Assembly (NCBI GenBank): GCA_050950765.1
Contig: JBMNIF010000002.1
Coordinates: forward strand, 694,157-758,156
Origin: Bdellovibrionota bacterium
GTDB lineage: Bacteria > Bdellovibrionota_C > UBA2361 > JAAYZI01
Direction: 5' to 3'
DNA length: 64,000 bases
In this document: piece by piece, positions 40,216 through 49,159 of the stretch
Layout of the letters: each line of letters starts with the position of its first letter
How positions within the stretch are numbered: position 1 is the first letter of the stretch
Made by a program: the position numbers and the translations under genes
Notes under the pieces: model-generated
The model's input: only the letters and a program-made list of their open reading frames with translations
Database searches by the model: none
What the model was told of the DNA's origin: nothing

Positions 40216-41251
40216 CGTGAATTACCGTAAGACACTGATAAAAATCGTAACATTTTTAGGTGGAATTTATTTCTTTTTAGAGTTCGTTCTGCCTGAAAAG
40301 ATAGGGGGTGTTTCAATAAACGTTTATCACGATCAGATTTCATTAGGATTCGTGGCTGTGGGGGTGATGGCACTGGGACTGGGCTTGATTAACCTTCTAG
40401 CAGTGCACGGTTCAAAGCTACTCTTTAAAAAGAAAGGGTGGCTTTATAGCGCCGCTTTATTAGGCGGACTCTTTTCAATGACAATTATTATGATTTTTGA
40501 TTGGGCAAGAAGTGCTGAAAACGCTAGCTATACAGAGAAGGTGCTTAATCTACGTGATTTTACCAATGTTATCGTAAGTGATGCAGCTTCAAATAAAGAA
40601 GGTGTGCCGCCAAAAGAAGTTCGGACTGAGGCTTTAGTTGGCGCTGTAAAAGAGGTGCTGCTAGAAGTAGAGGCTTCACTGCTGCAAGTAGAGGACTTAA
40701 AACTTCACTCTGCTGAAGTTTATAAGAAGTCTCGTCCAACTGTTAAATCTACACGGGAAACGATCGTTGCAATTCATCATCTTTTGGAAGGTGCGCAAGA
40801 TCGTAGCGATGTTTGGTATACGACTATGGCAACAACTCTTGGAGAATTGGCAGCGAGTTGGGGTGATCTCCTTAATATGGAGTATGAAGTTTCTGCACCT
40901 AAACAATGGTACAACCTGTTATATGAAGGACTCTTCTTTCCACTCGGTGCCGCCATGTTTTCTTTACTCGGTTTCTATATTGCAGCTGCTGCTTATCGAG
41001 CTTTTAGGGTGCGTTCTGCCGAATCTGCTTTAATGATGTTAGCTGCTGTAATCGTGATGCTCGGGCAGATCCCGTTCGGGATCTGGATTTGGGAAGAGTT
41101 GCCGGAGGTGCGCTCTTGGTTGCTAAGTGTTCCTAGTACGGCAGCATTTAGAGCTATTGAGATAGGAGCTTCTGTTGGTGGCTTAGTGATGGCATTTAGA
41201 ATGTGGCTTTCTATTGAGTCTGAATCCTTTAGTAAGGGAAAGGAGAGGTAG
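40205..41251 (+). CDS. Hypothetical polytopic membrane protein (operon gene 2 of 6)
   Basis: 348 aa; GTG start overlapping the stop of gene 1; several predicted helices plus a soluble insert. Confidence 0.5.
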   Translation: MSCNVNYRKTLIKIVTFLGGIYFFLEFVLPEKIGGVSINVYHDQISLGFVAVGVMALGLGLINLLAVHGSKLLFKKKGWLYSAALLGGLFSMTIIMIFDWARSAENASYTEKVLNLRDFTNVIVSDAASNKEGVPPKEVRTEALVGAVKEVLLEVEASLLQVEDLKLHSAEVYKKSRPTVKSTRETIVAIHHLLEGAQDRSDVWYTTMATTLGELAASWGDLLNMEYEVSAPKQWYNLLYEGLFFPLGAAMFSLLGFYIAAAAYRAFRVRSAESALMMLAAVIVMLGQIPFGIWIWEELPEVRSWLLSVPSTAAFRAIEIGASVGGLVMAFRMWLSIESESFSKGKER

Positions 41252-41257
41252 AAGATC

Positions 41258-42118
41258 ATGTTACTGCAACGACGTCTCATATATATCTTTGTTTTGCTTG
41301 CACTCTCTCTACCTTTAATTTTTGAATACAGTAGTCCGCCTGCACGTATGCCTGCGGCAGAGGCTGCTTTTAAAAGTGTGGAGGATTTAAAAGTTGCAAC
41401 GGGAGAGATCGCTTTTGTAGCTCTTGATTTTGGACCATCAACAAAAGCTGAAAACGAATCACAGGCGTTAGTTTTAATTGAGCATTTAATGCGTAAAAGG
41501 ATCCCGTTCGCCCTTTTTTCTTATTACTTTCAGGCAGAACCGTTTTTAACTTCTATCCCTGAACAGGTCGTAAATAAACTTGAAAAAGAGTATCCCGATC
41601 AGGTTTGGCGTTATGGTCATGATTGGGTCAATCTCGGATATCGACCAGGTGCGGGAATGTTAATTCAAGCCATTCCGAAAAGTGAAAACTTGGTTCAGCT
41701 TTTTAAAAAGGATGCGCGTGGTAATAGCTTAGAACATATCCCTGCTTTTTCAAAAGTGCGCACAATTAAAGATATTAAGTTACTACTGGAGATCACAAGT
41801 TTAACCGGTGTTTTTGATGTTTATATACAGTATTTTCAAGCAGGAAAATATAAGCCTCCCTTTATTCATGGTGCTACCTCTATCAGTGTTCCAGGGGTTT
41901 TTATTTACCTAGATTCCGGTCAACTTAATGGACTTTTAGAGGGCATCTCCGGAGCTGCTTGGTATTCGGAGCTACTTTCAAAAAAATATAAGGATAGAGC
42001 TGTTGATTCAGCGCAGGTGCTTAATACCTCCTTAGGAATTGCACATCTGGTGATAATCTTTTTAATTCTACTCGGCAACGTTGTTGCATTCGTTGAATTG
42101 TATAGGAGGCGTCAATGA
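41258..42118 (+). CDS. Hypothetical bitopic protein with a probable periplasmic domain (operon gene 3 of 6)
   Basis: 286 aa; strong RBS AAGGAGAGG inside the end of gene 2; N-terminal signal/anchor and C-terminal helix. Confidence 0.55.
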   Translation: MLLQRRLIYIFVLLALSLPLIFEYSSPPARMPAAEAAFKSVEDLKVATGEIAFVALDFGPSTKAENESQALVLIEHLMRKRIPFALFSYYFQAEPFLTSIPEQVVNKLEKEYPDQVWRYGHDWVNLGYRPGAGMLIQAIPKSENLVQLFKKDARGNSLEHIPAFSKVRTIKDIKLLLEITSLTGVFDVYIQYFQAGKYKPPFIHGATSISVPGVFIYLDSGQLNGLLEGISGAAWYSELLSKKYKDRAVDSAQVLNTSLGIAHLVIIFLILLGNVVAFVELYRRRQ

Positions 42119-42831
42119 TTGCTGTCGATTATTGGAATGTGTTGGTGGTGATAGTGGCAGGTTTTGCCACCTTAGCTATCTTTAGCTTGCTGATTAAAGA
42201 AAATCCCGTTTATAGGTTTGTTGAACACCTTTATATCGGTATCGCTGCGGGGTTGGGGATTATTTTAAGTATTAAAACTTTTTTGTGGCGGCAACTATTA
42301 CAGCCGATGCTGGGGCTTGATATTGTGCAGTATCCTGACGGAACTTTTTCAAAAGAATATAATTCGTTGTTGCTGTTATATATATTACCGATGCTCTTTG
42401 GGCTTCTGTATTACTTTATCTATTCAAAAAAATATTCATGGTTAGCTAAAATAGTAATCGGTTTTTCTCTCGGTATGAGTGGTGGATTGGCGTTCAAAGG
42501 CTTTTTTAATAAAATTATGCCGCAAATCAGTAGTAGTTTTAAGCCGCTCGTGGTGCTAAAAGATGGCGCTTTAGATTATTGGCAGAGTTTAGAAAACTGC
42601 ATCTTCGTTTTTACCCTTTTGATAGTGATGTATTATTTCTTTTTCTCTTTTAAACATCGTAAGTTGGGAAGGGGAGTTTCAATCTCAGGACGGTGGCTTT
42701 TAATGATCTGTTTTGGAGCTTTCTTCGGTTCTACGGTAATGGCACGTTTATCGTTGTTAGTTGAACGTTTGCAATTTTTATTAGGACCGTGGGCTAGTGT
42801 TTTAAAAGATGCAGTCGGGGTGTGGTTCTAA
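42115..42831 (+). CDS. Hypothetical polytopic membrane protein (operon gene 4 of 6)
   Basis: 238 aa; ATGA start/stop overlap with gene 3; about 6 predicted helices. Confidence 0.5.
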   Translation: MIAVDYWNVLVVIVAGFATLAIFSLLIKENPVYRFVEHLYIGIAAGLGIILSIKTFLWRQLLQPMLGLDIVQYPDGTFSKEYNSLLLLYILPMLFGLLYYFIYSKKYSWLAKIVIGFSLGMSGGLAFKGFFNKIMPQISSSFKPLVVLKDGALDYWQSLENCIFVFTLLIVMYYFFFSFKHRKLGRGVSISGRWLLMICFGAFFGSTVMARLSLLVERLQFLLGPWASVLKDAVGVWF

Positions 42832-42848
42832 AAAATTATTATTAAAAT

Positions 42849-44705
42849 ATGAAGACTAAAGCCGATGAAATAAAGGTAGTGTTAGTAACTGATTGTGGTT
42901 CTACCACTACAAAAGCACTTCTCTTTGAGGATATTGACGGAGTTTGGCAACAAACTTTTCGTGGTGAAGCTCCTACAACAGTAGAAGACCCCGTAGCGGA
43001 TGTAACAGTTGGTGCAAGAAATGCTTTTAAGGAGATCGAAGAATTAAGTGGTAGAAAAATTTTATCTGAGACTTCTTCTGATTCTCCTTTCCTTGAAAAT
43101 AACGGTTATGGTGATGGCATAGACCTCTATCTTTCGACTAGCTCTGCTGGTGGGGGCTTGCAAATGATAGTGGCAGGTGTCGTGCAATACATGACGACAG
43201 AATCTGCAGAGAGGGCGGCTTTAGGTGCAGGCGCTATCGTGATGGATACTATATCGGCAGATGACGGACGTGAAGATCATGAAAAGATAGAGAAGATTCG
43301 TCATTTACGTCCTGATATTGTGCTTCTAACAGGTGGAGTTGATTCAGGATCAAAGGTACACGTTATTGAAACTGCTGAAATATTGAGAGCGGCACAGCCG
43401 CGCCCCCGTTTTGGAAAAACTTTAAAACTTCCCGTTATTTTTGCAGGTAATAAAGATGCAGCAGTAGAGGTTAAAGAGATCTTAGCTCAGATTGCCGATG
43501 TTTCATGCGTAGAAAATGTGCGTCCGACTTTGGAAATGGAGAACTTAGCTCCTGCTCGCGCTGCTATTCATGAATATTTTTTATCGCATGTAATGAGTCA
43601 TTCTCCAGGCTATGACAAATTATTGCGCTGGACTCCCGTTCCGATTATGCCGACCCCTGCTGCAGTCGGAAATATGATTCAGAGCTACGCAGAAAGTGAA
43701 GACTTACAGGTGCTGTGCGTTGATATCGGTGGTGCTACAACTGATGTTTTTAGCGTTTTTAAAGATCTAAGTGGTGTGCCTGTTTTTAATCGTACCGTTT
43801 CTGCCAATTTAGGGATGAGTTATTCGATAGCAAATGTTTTGATCGAGGCTGGCGGAAAAAATATCGGGCGGTGGTTGTGTTCTGAGGTGAGTGAAACAGA
43901 GATTCACGATCGTCTAAGAAATAAGATGATTCGTCCGACCACTATTCCTCAAACGTTGGAGGATCTGTGGTTGGAGCAGGCAGTTTGTAGGGAAGCGTTA
44001 CGACTTTCTTTGCGACATCATAGGTCTCTAGCAGTGGGGTTAAGTGGTTTAAAAAAACAGAAGGGGATCGCAGATATCTTTTTGCAACATGAAAACCGTT
44101 ATGAATTAGTGAATATGATGAAGCTGGATCTGATAATAGGTTCAGGCGGAGTCTTAAGCCATGCTCCGAATCGGATGGAAGCTGCTCTGATGTTGCTGGA
44201 TGGCTTTAAGCCGGAAGGGCTGACGGAGATAGCGGTTGATTCCATCTTTATGATGCCGCATCTGGGAGTGTTTGCTACGTTACATCCGCAAGCAGCGCGA
44301 GAGATCTTTGTAAATAATTGTTTAGTGCGGATCTGTCATGCGGTTGTGCCGGTTTATTCAGGCAAGAGAGTAAAGGGTAGTTCTTTAGCACGAATTTTTT
44401 GGAACTCCGAGCCGGTAGCTGAAGTAAAAGTTGGAGAGGTGACGTGCCTTACTATGAATCAAGAAAAAGGGGTATTGCGGATTGAGCCTTTTGATAGGCG
44501 TGTTGATGTAGGAAGTGGTACGGGAAAAATTTTAGAAAGAGAGATTACACTTAATCCTCATGGATTACTTCTTGATGGTAGAAATCGTCCGTTAATAATG
44601 CCTGAAGATCCTGCGGAAGCGTTAAGATTTGAGCAAGATATCTACCGAAATCTCGGACTTCTTAAAGGGGATCTTCCTGAAGAATTAGTAACAGAGGAGG
44701 TTTGA
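42849..44705 (+). CDS. Actin-fold (ASKHA) ATPase-like protein, hydantoinase-A/GlmL-like (operon gene 5 of 6)
   Basis: 618 aa; phosphate-1-like ...VVLVTDCGSTTTKALLFED... at the N-terminus and phosphate-2-like ...LCVDIGGATTDVFSVF... near residue 290, the order and spacing expected for actin-fold ATPases. Confidence 0.6.
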   Translation: MKTKADEIKVVLVTDCGSTTTKALLFEDIDGVWQQTFRGEAPTTVEDPVADVTVGARNAFKEIEELSGRKILSETSSDSPFLENNGYGDGIDLYLSTSSAGGGLQMIVAGVVQYMTTESAERAALGAGAIVMDTISADDGREDHEKIEKIRHLRPDIVLLTGGVDSGSKVHVIETAEILRAAQPRPRFGKTLKLPVIFAGNKDAAVEVKEILAQIADVSCVENVRPTLEMENLAPARAAIHEYFLSHVMSHSPGYDKLLRWTPVPIMPTPAAVGNMIQSYAESEDLQVLCVDIGGATTDVFSVFKDLSGVPVFNRTVSANLGMSYSIANVLIEAGGKNIGRWLCSEVSETEIHDRLRNKMIRPTTIPQTLEDLWLEQAVCREALRLSLRHHRSLAVGLSGLKKQKGIADIFLQHENRYELVNMMKLDLIIGSGGVLSHAPNRMEAALMLLDGFKPEGLTEIAVDSIFMMPHLGVFATLHPQAAREIFVNNCLVRICHAVVPVYSGKRVKGSSLARIFWNSEPVAEVKVGEVTCLTMNQEKGVLRIEPFDRRVDVGSGTGKILEREITLNPHGLLLDGRNRPLIMPEDPAEALRFEQDIYRNLGLLKGDLPEELVTEEV

Positions 44706-44706
44706 A

Positions 44707-45831
44707 ATGACACGAGCGTTTGCTCCTGGTTTGCAGATAAAGAGAAAAACAGTTGTCAGACGGTTGCGTGAATTGCCTGTAACGGGCGAGGTCTTGGTTG
44801 AAGTAGGACAATATGTAGAAGCAGATCAAGTTGTGGCACGTGCTTCTTTAGAAGGTGAGCTTTTTATTTTTAGAATTGCTGAACAACTTGGCATTGAAAC
44901 GTTTGAAGTTGTTAATGGTCTTAAGGTTGCAGAAGGTGAAAAGATTAAGAAGGGACAACTTATCTGTGAACATCGAGGACTTTTCGGATTGTTTAACAGT
45001 AGATACTTTGCACCAGAAGATGGTGTTGTAGAGTTTATCTCTAAGCGGACTGGACATCTCGGTGTGCGTGCGCCTAGCGAGATGTTGGATATTGAGGCGT
45101 ATATTTCAGGGAGTGTGGTGGAGGTAGATGTAGGAAAATCTGTTTTGATAGAAACAGAAGCCTCCTTTATTCAAGGTATTTTCGGAGTTGGTGGAGAAAG
45201 ACGGGGTGTTCTGAAATGTTTGTCCGTTCCGTTAGATCATGAATTAACAGATCTTGATATTCCTGATGATTGCGCAGGAAGTGTGCTTGTTGGTGGCACC
45301 AAACCGCAGATCTCAGCCATTACTAAAGCAGCAGAACTTGGAGCTTGTGGTATCGTTACAGGCTCTATCGATGATCAAACTTTAAAAGCTTATTTAGGAT
45401 ACGATCTCGGCATTGCATTAACGGGAGATGAGCAGGTTCCTTTAACGTTAATAGTAACGGAAGGTTTTGGTTTTATTCCGTTAGCTAAGCGCATTATGGA
45501 GATGTGCCGAGAGTTAGAAGGTAGTGCTGTTTCAATAAACGGAGCAACACAGGTTCGGGCGGGTGCTATGCGACCGGAGATAATTATACCGCGTGCAGGT
45601 AATGTTTGTAATTTTGAAGATCTTGATAGTCAGGATCTGGAGAAGGGGCTTACAGAGGGGGCGCGGGTGCGTTTGTTGCGAGTACCGTATTTTGGAAAAC
45701 TTGCCACAGTTTTGGAGTTGCCGCAACAGAAGGAGAGGATTGAAACGGGTGCTTATGCCCGTGTTTTAAGGGTAAAGATCGACCACGCTAGTGTGGTGAC
45801 GATACCGCGAGCTAATGTAGAGTTGCTTTAG
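44707..45831 (+). CDS. Hypothetical beta-rich soluble protein (operon gene 6 of 6)
   Basis: 374 aa; AGGAGG RBS overlapping the stop of gene 5; Gly/Val-rich segments (...VVARASLEGELFIFRI..., ...GARVRLLRVPYFGKLATVLELP...) suggest barrel-type folds; no catalytic motif recognised. Confidence 0.55.
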   Translation: MTRAFAPGLQIKRKTVVRRLRELPVTGEVLVEVGQYVEADQVVARASLEGELFIFRIAEQLGIETFEVVNGLKVAEGEKIKKGQLICEHRGLFGLFNSRYFAPEDGVVEFISKRTGHLGVRAPSEMLDIEAYISGSVVEVDVGKSVLIETEASFIQGIFGVGGERRGVLKCLSVPLDHELTDLDIPDDCAGSVLVGGTKPQISAITKAAELGACGIVTGSIDDQTLKAYLGYDLGIALTGDEQVPLTLIVTEGFGFIPLAKRIMEMCRELEGSAVSINGATQVRAGAMRPEIIIPRAGNVCNFEDLDSQDLEKGLTEGARVRLLRVPYFGKLATVLELPQQKERIETGAYARVLRVKIDHASVVTIPRANVELL

Positions 45832-45971
45832 TTTTTTAGTGTGCACCTGCATATTTTTCTGAATGAATGGTGAATTGTGCAAGTAGTCGTTCTCAAGGCG
45901 ATCGACTATTAACAAATATCTTTTTTCATGGTAGAGATACTTTAAAATATTACTTATTTTATGAGGGAATA

Positions 45972-46997
45972 ATGAATTTAACGGACTCAAAATACAATCA
46001 GTTTAATTTAGTCAAAGAGATGTTGGAAGTTTGTGATATTATTGCAAACTTTAATTTTGAACAAACTGCACAAGTTGCGGCTGAAATAGCAAGTGTTGGT
46101 AAACTTATCTTGACAGGGGAGGGGTCGAGTCGCATTTTTCCTGCAAAAAGTGCGATTTATAAAGCATTAAAAAAAGCTCTTGATGTTACCATCATAACGG
46201 ACGGCAGCTATCAAGCTATGGAGTATGATTTAAGTAAGTACGTTGTCTTTGGTGCTAGTAATAGTGGTCAAACAAAAGAATTGATCACCCTCTTTTCTGC
46301 TTTAGTGGAGAAAGGGCACAACAGACGTTATGGTTTGACTTCACATCACGATTCAAAGTTGGAAACTGTTTCAAATAAGTGCTTTGTGCTCTCTTGCGGA
46401 TCTGAAAATGCGGTTGCTGCAACAAAGAGTGTCTTTGAACAAGCTCTTTTCTATCACAGTTTGCTTTTTAGTGGCTCTCATTGTGATGCAAAGTGTAATA
46501 ATATGCTTAAAAATAGAGAAGCAGCAGTGGCTGCTGCTAGAGCTGTTTTGACGATGCAGATAGATCCTGAAATTATTTCTGCTTTGGCTGAAGCTCCGAT
46601 GGTATATTTTGCAGGTAGGAATGATGGTGTTGCTGAAGAGCTCACCCTTAAAAATAATGAAATAACCCGTAAAAAGAGTGATTTTCTTGAAGGAACCTAT
46701 GCGCTGCACGGCGTAGAAGAGGTTATGCGTAAGGGAGAGGCTGTAATCTTTGTTAATCCGTTTCCGACAGAGTATCAGAAGATGAAAGAGATCTTTGAAG
46801 ATGCAGTGGGGGCTAAGGTTATTGTAATCTCTACTGAAGATACGCCATTTGCAACAATTAAAATTCCTCAAGTGGAAGGGTATCAACACTTCTTACAACT
46901 TTTAGCTGGATGGAATATCTTGGTTGATGTTGGTGTAGCAACAGATATCAACTTGGATAAACCACAACGTGCCAGAAAGGTTGGTAATGCTATGTAA
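45972..46997 (+). CDS. SIS-domain sugar-phosphate isomerase/deaminase (AgaS/GlmS-C-like)
   Basis: Two SIS-like repeats (...LILTGEGSSRIFPAKSA... and ...VVFGASNSGQTKELI...). Start set at the ATG with a GAGGGA RBS; track ORF begins at 45867. Confidence 0.75.
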   Translation: MNLTDSKYNQFNLVKEMLEVCDIIANFNFEQTAQVAAEIASVGKLILTGEGSSRIFPAKSAIYKALKKALDVTIITDGSYQAMEYDLSKYVVFGASNSGQTKELITLFSALVEKGHNRRYGLTSHHDSKLETVSNKCFVLSCGSENAVAATKSVFEQALFYHSLLFSGSHCDAKCNNMLKNREAAVAAARAVLTMQIDPEIISALAEAPMVYFAGRNDGVAEELTLKNNEITRKKSDFLEGTYALHGVEEVMRKGEAVIFVNPFPTEYQKMKEIFEDAVGAKVIVISTEDTPFATIKIPQVEGYQHFLQLLAGWNILVDVGVATDINLDKPQRARKVGNAM

Positions 46998-47030
46998 ATG
47001 TTGTGCAATTACCGTTTAGTGGTTGTTTTT

Positions 47031-47062
47031 AGCGGTGTTTTTTCAGCACCGCTCTTGTTTTA
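47031..47062 (+). terminator. Intrinsic terminator after the SIS-domain gene
   Basis: AGCGGTG-ttttttcag-CACCGCT (perfect 7-bp stem) followed by a T-rich tract (CTTGTTTTA), 34 bp past the stop codon. Confidence 0.55.
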
Positions 47063-47329
47063 AGTAAAAGTTATTAAAATTTGCTAGGGATCGTTTTTAG
47101 GTTTAAAATACCTCTGTTCTCGTAATAGCTTCATTTTAGTCCGTTCTTTTTTAGTAGAGGTGGTTGGTAGTCAAGAAAAAAAGTTTGTTTCTTCTTAAAA
47201 GTAAAGTTATCTCTTTTTAGTAGAGATTGAAAAACTTTTGAGAAGGAACAGCTGTGTAACGGTTGTTTCTTGTTTTAACGGTTTCTTTACAGAGAGAATA
47301 AAACATACAAAACGAAAGAGAGGCTTATT

Positions 47330-48145
47330 ATGGCGATCTATCGTAAGAGATCTTCCGACGGTACTGTTCTTCGAACGTCGCAGATCTCAAAATTTTTCCC
47401 TAACTGGCAAGGGGAAGAAGAGGCTTGGCTTTTCATTGCTCCACATGACGATGATATCGTTCTTGGAGCAGGAAAAACTTTGTTGGCGGCTCTTGAAGAA
47501 GGAGTCGATGTTCACTGCGCTATTACAACTGATGGCGCAATGGGGTATTGCTCTCTGGAGGTGCGGGATACCATTTCCGAAGTTCGTGAAAAAGAGTGCT
47601 TTAACTCTTTTAGGGAGCTGGGGGTGGAAGATAAAAATATCTATTTCCTGCACTTCCCAGATTGCAACTTGGTTCCGTTTCAAGGACGTTTCCGTGACGT
47701 AACAGGACACCCTTCCGAGATTGCGGGAGCAGGAGGTTTGCAGAACGCTTATACGCATCTTCTGCGAAAAGTGCGACCGACCCGTGTTTTTATCCCGACG
47801 AGTACGGATTTACACCCTGATCATAGGATCGTAAACAGTGAGGTGCAGATCTCTCTCTTCCATGCAGAAGGTGGTATCTGGCCGGAGCTTGGAGCTGCTA
47901 CAAACGTTCCGTCTCTTTATGAATACGCTACCTATTGCGACTTTCCAGAGGCTCCGCAATTGTGTATCGAGATTCCCGCCGAGATTTTGGAGAAGAAGTG
48001 GCGTGCTTTACGGTGTTATGAGAGTCAAACTCAGATTGAAAGTCTGATTGAATCTCAGAAGCAAAGTGGCTCTCTTGAATATATTCGAGAGGTGCCTTTT
48101 AACCTCTATTCGCCGCAACAATACGCTCCCCTGTTTAAGTCATAA
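47330..48145 (+). CDS. PIG-L/LmbE-family N-acetylglucosaminyl deacetylase
   Basis: ...LFIAPHDDDIVLGAG... (metal-binding HxDD motif) and ...STDLHPDHRIV... (HPDH) are characteristic of LmbE-like deacetylases. Confidence 0.8.
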   Translation: MAIYRKRSSDGTVLRTSQISKFFPNWQGEEEAWLFIAPHDDDIVLGAGKTLLAALEEGVDVHCAITTDGAMGYCSLEVRDTISEVREKECFNSFRELGVEDKNIYFLHFPDCNLVPFQGRFRDVTGHPSEIAGAGGLQNAYTHLLRKVRPTRVFIPTSTDLHPDHRIVNSEVQISLFHAEGGIWPELGAATNVPSLYEYATYCDFPEAPQLCIEIPAEILEKKWRALRCYESQTQIESLIESQKQSGSLEYIREVPFNLYSPQQYAPLFKS

Positions 48146-48348
48146 CGTTACAGCTATGGCAAATACTGTTTTTTTAAAAGTAGGGGCTTATAGTTTTTTA
48201 ATTATAAGCCCCTGCTTAGACACGGCTTTTCCTTTTTCCATTTCGCGTTGCCTAAACTTCCTTTATTGAGGTTCATTTCCCTGTTGTGATTTTTTCCTGT
48301 TTCAGTAAGATCTGTATGTATCAAAAAATCGGGAAATAAGGATTAAAT

Positions 48349-49149
48349 ATGAATAAGGTAAATACTGTCACAGAGCATAAAAGAGGCTTTTTAATTGATA
48401 TGGATGGGGTAATTTATCGTGGATCGACGATGATTCCAGGTGCAGATGTCTTTATTAATACCTTAAAGGAAAAAAATATCCCCTTTCTCTTTTTAACTAA
48501 TAACAGTCGTTCGACCAGAAGAGATCTAGCAAATCGCTTAAATGAGTTGGGTATTAAGGTTTCAGAGCAACATATCTTTACTAGTGCTATGGCCACAGCG
48601 CAGTTTCTTGCAAAACAGAAGCCGAACGGAACAGCATATTTAATCGGAGAAGGTGGTTTAATTTTAGCTCTACATGAAAACGGTTACAGCATCGTTGATA
48701 GAAATCCGGATTACGTGGTGGTAGGCGAGGGCAGAACTTTAACTTTAGAGATAGTAGAGAAGGCGATAGATTTTATTATCGACGGATCAAAGTTAATTGC
48801 TACCAATATGGATCCAGCACCACAGTCAAAGGGTTGGATGAAGCCTGGTGTCGGAGCTATTACGGCGATGCTTGAGGAAGCAACGCATAAGAAGGCGTTT
48901 TGTGTCGGAAAGCCAAGCCCGATTATGTTACGAGCGGCAAGAAAGAGGTTAGGGTTGCAGACTGCTGAAACAGTAATGATTGGTGACACCATGTCTACTG
49001 ATATTTTAGGTGGTGTCCAGATGGGGTGCACAACGGTGCTGGTCTTAAGTGGTATTACTTCACGTGCTGATATGGCGAACTATGCTTATAGACCTGATAT
49101 CGTCGTTGACTCCATCGCCGATCCGGAAATTATGGCTATGGTTGAGTAG
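48349..49149 (+). CDS. HAD-superfamily subfamily IIA hydrolase (NagD-like sugar phosphatase)
   Basis: HAD motif I ...FLIDMDGVIYRG..., motif II ...FLTNNS..., C-terminal ...MIGDTMSTDILGG.... Confidence 0.85.
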   Translation: MNKVNTVTEHKRGFLIDMDGVIYRGSTMIPGADVFINTLKEKNIPFLFLTNNSRSTRRDLANRLNELGIKVSEQHIFTSAMATAQFLAKQKPNGTAYLIGEGGLILALHENGYSIVDRNPDYVVVGEGRTLTLEIVEKAIDFIIDGSKLIATNMDPAPQSKGWMKPGVGAITAMLEEATHKKAFCVGKPSPIMLRAARKRLGLQTAETVMIGDTMSTDILGGVQMGCTTVLVLSGITSRADMANYAYRPDIVVDSIADPEIMAMVE

Positions 49150-49159
49150 TAATCTTGAT

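Noticed and set aside
42849-44705. Operon gene 5 as PilM (the actin-like type IV pilus assembly protein), given its position near pilT/pilU
   Set aside because: At 618 aa it is far longer than PilM (about 350 aa), and its phosphate motifs (DCGSTTTK, DIGGATTD) look more like the hydantoinase/GlmL branch; no PilN/PilO/PilP/PilQ genes follow.
47238-47702. 154-aa plus-strand ORF overlapping the PIG-L deacetylase gene
   Set aside because: Alternative frame of the same region; the 47330-48145 frame carries the HxDD and HPDH deacetylase motifs.
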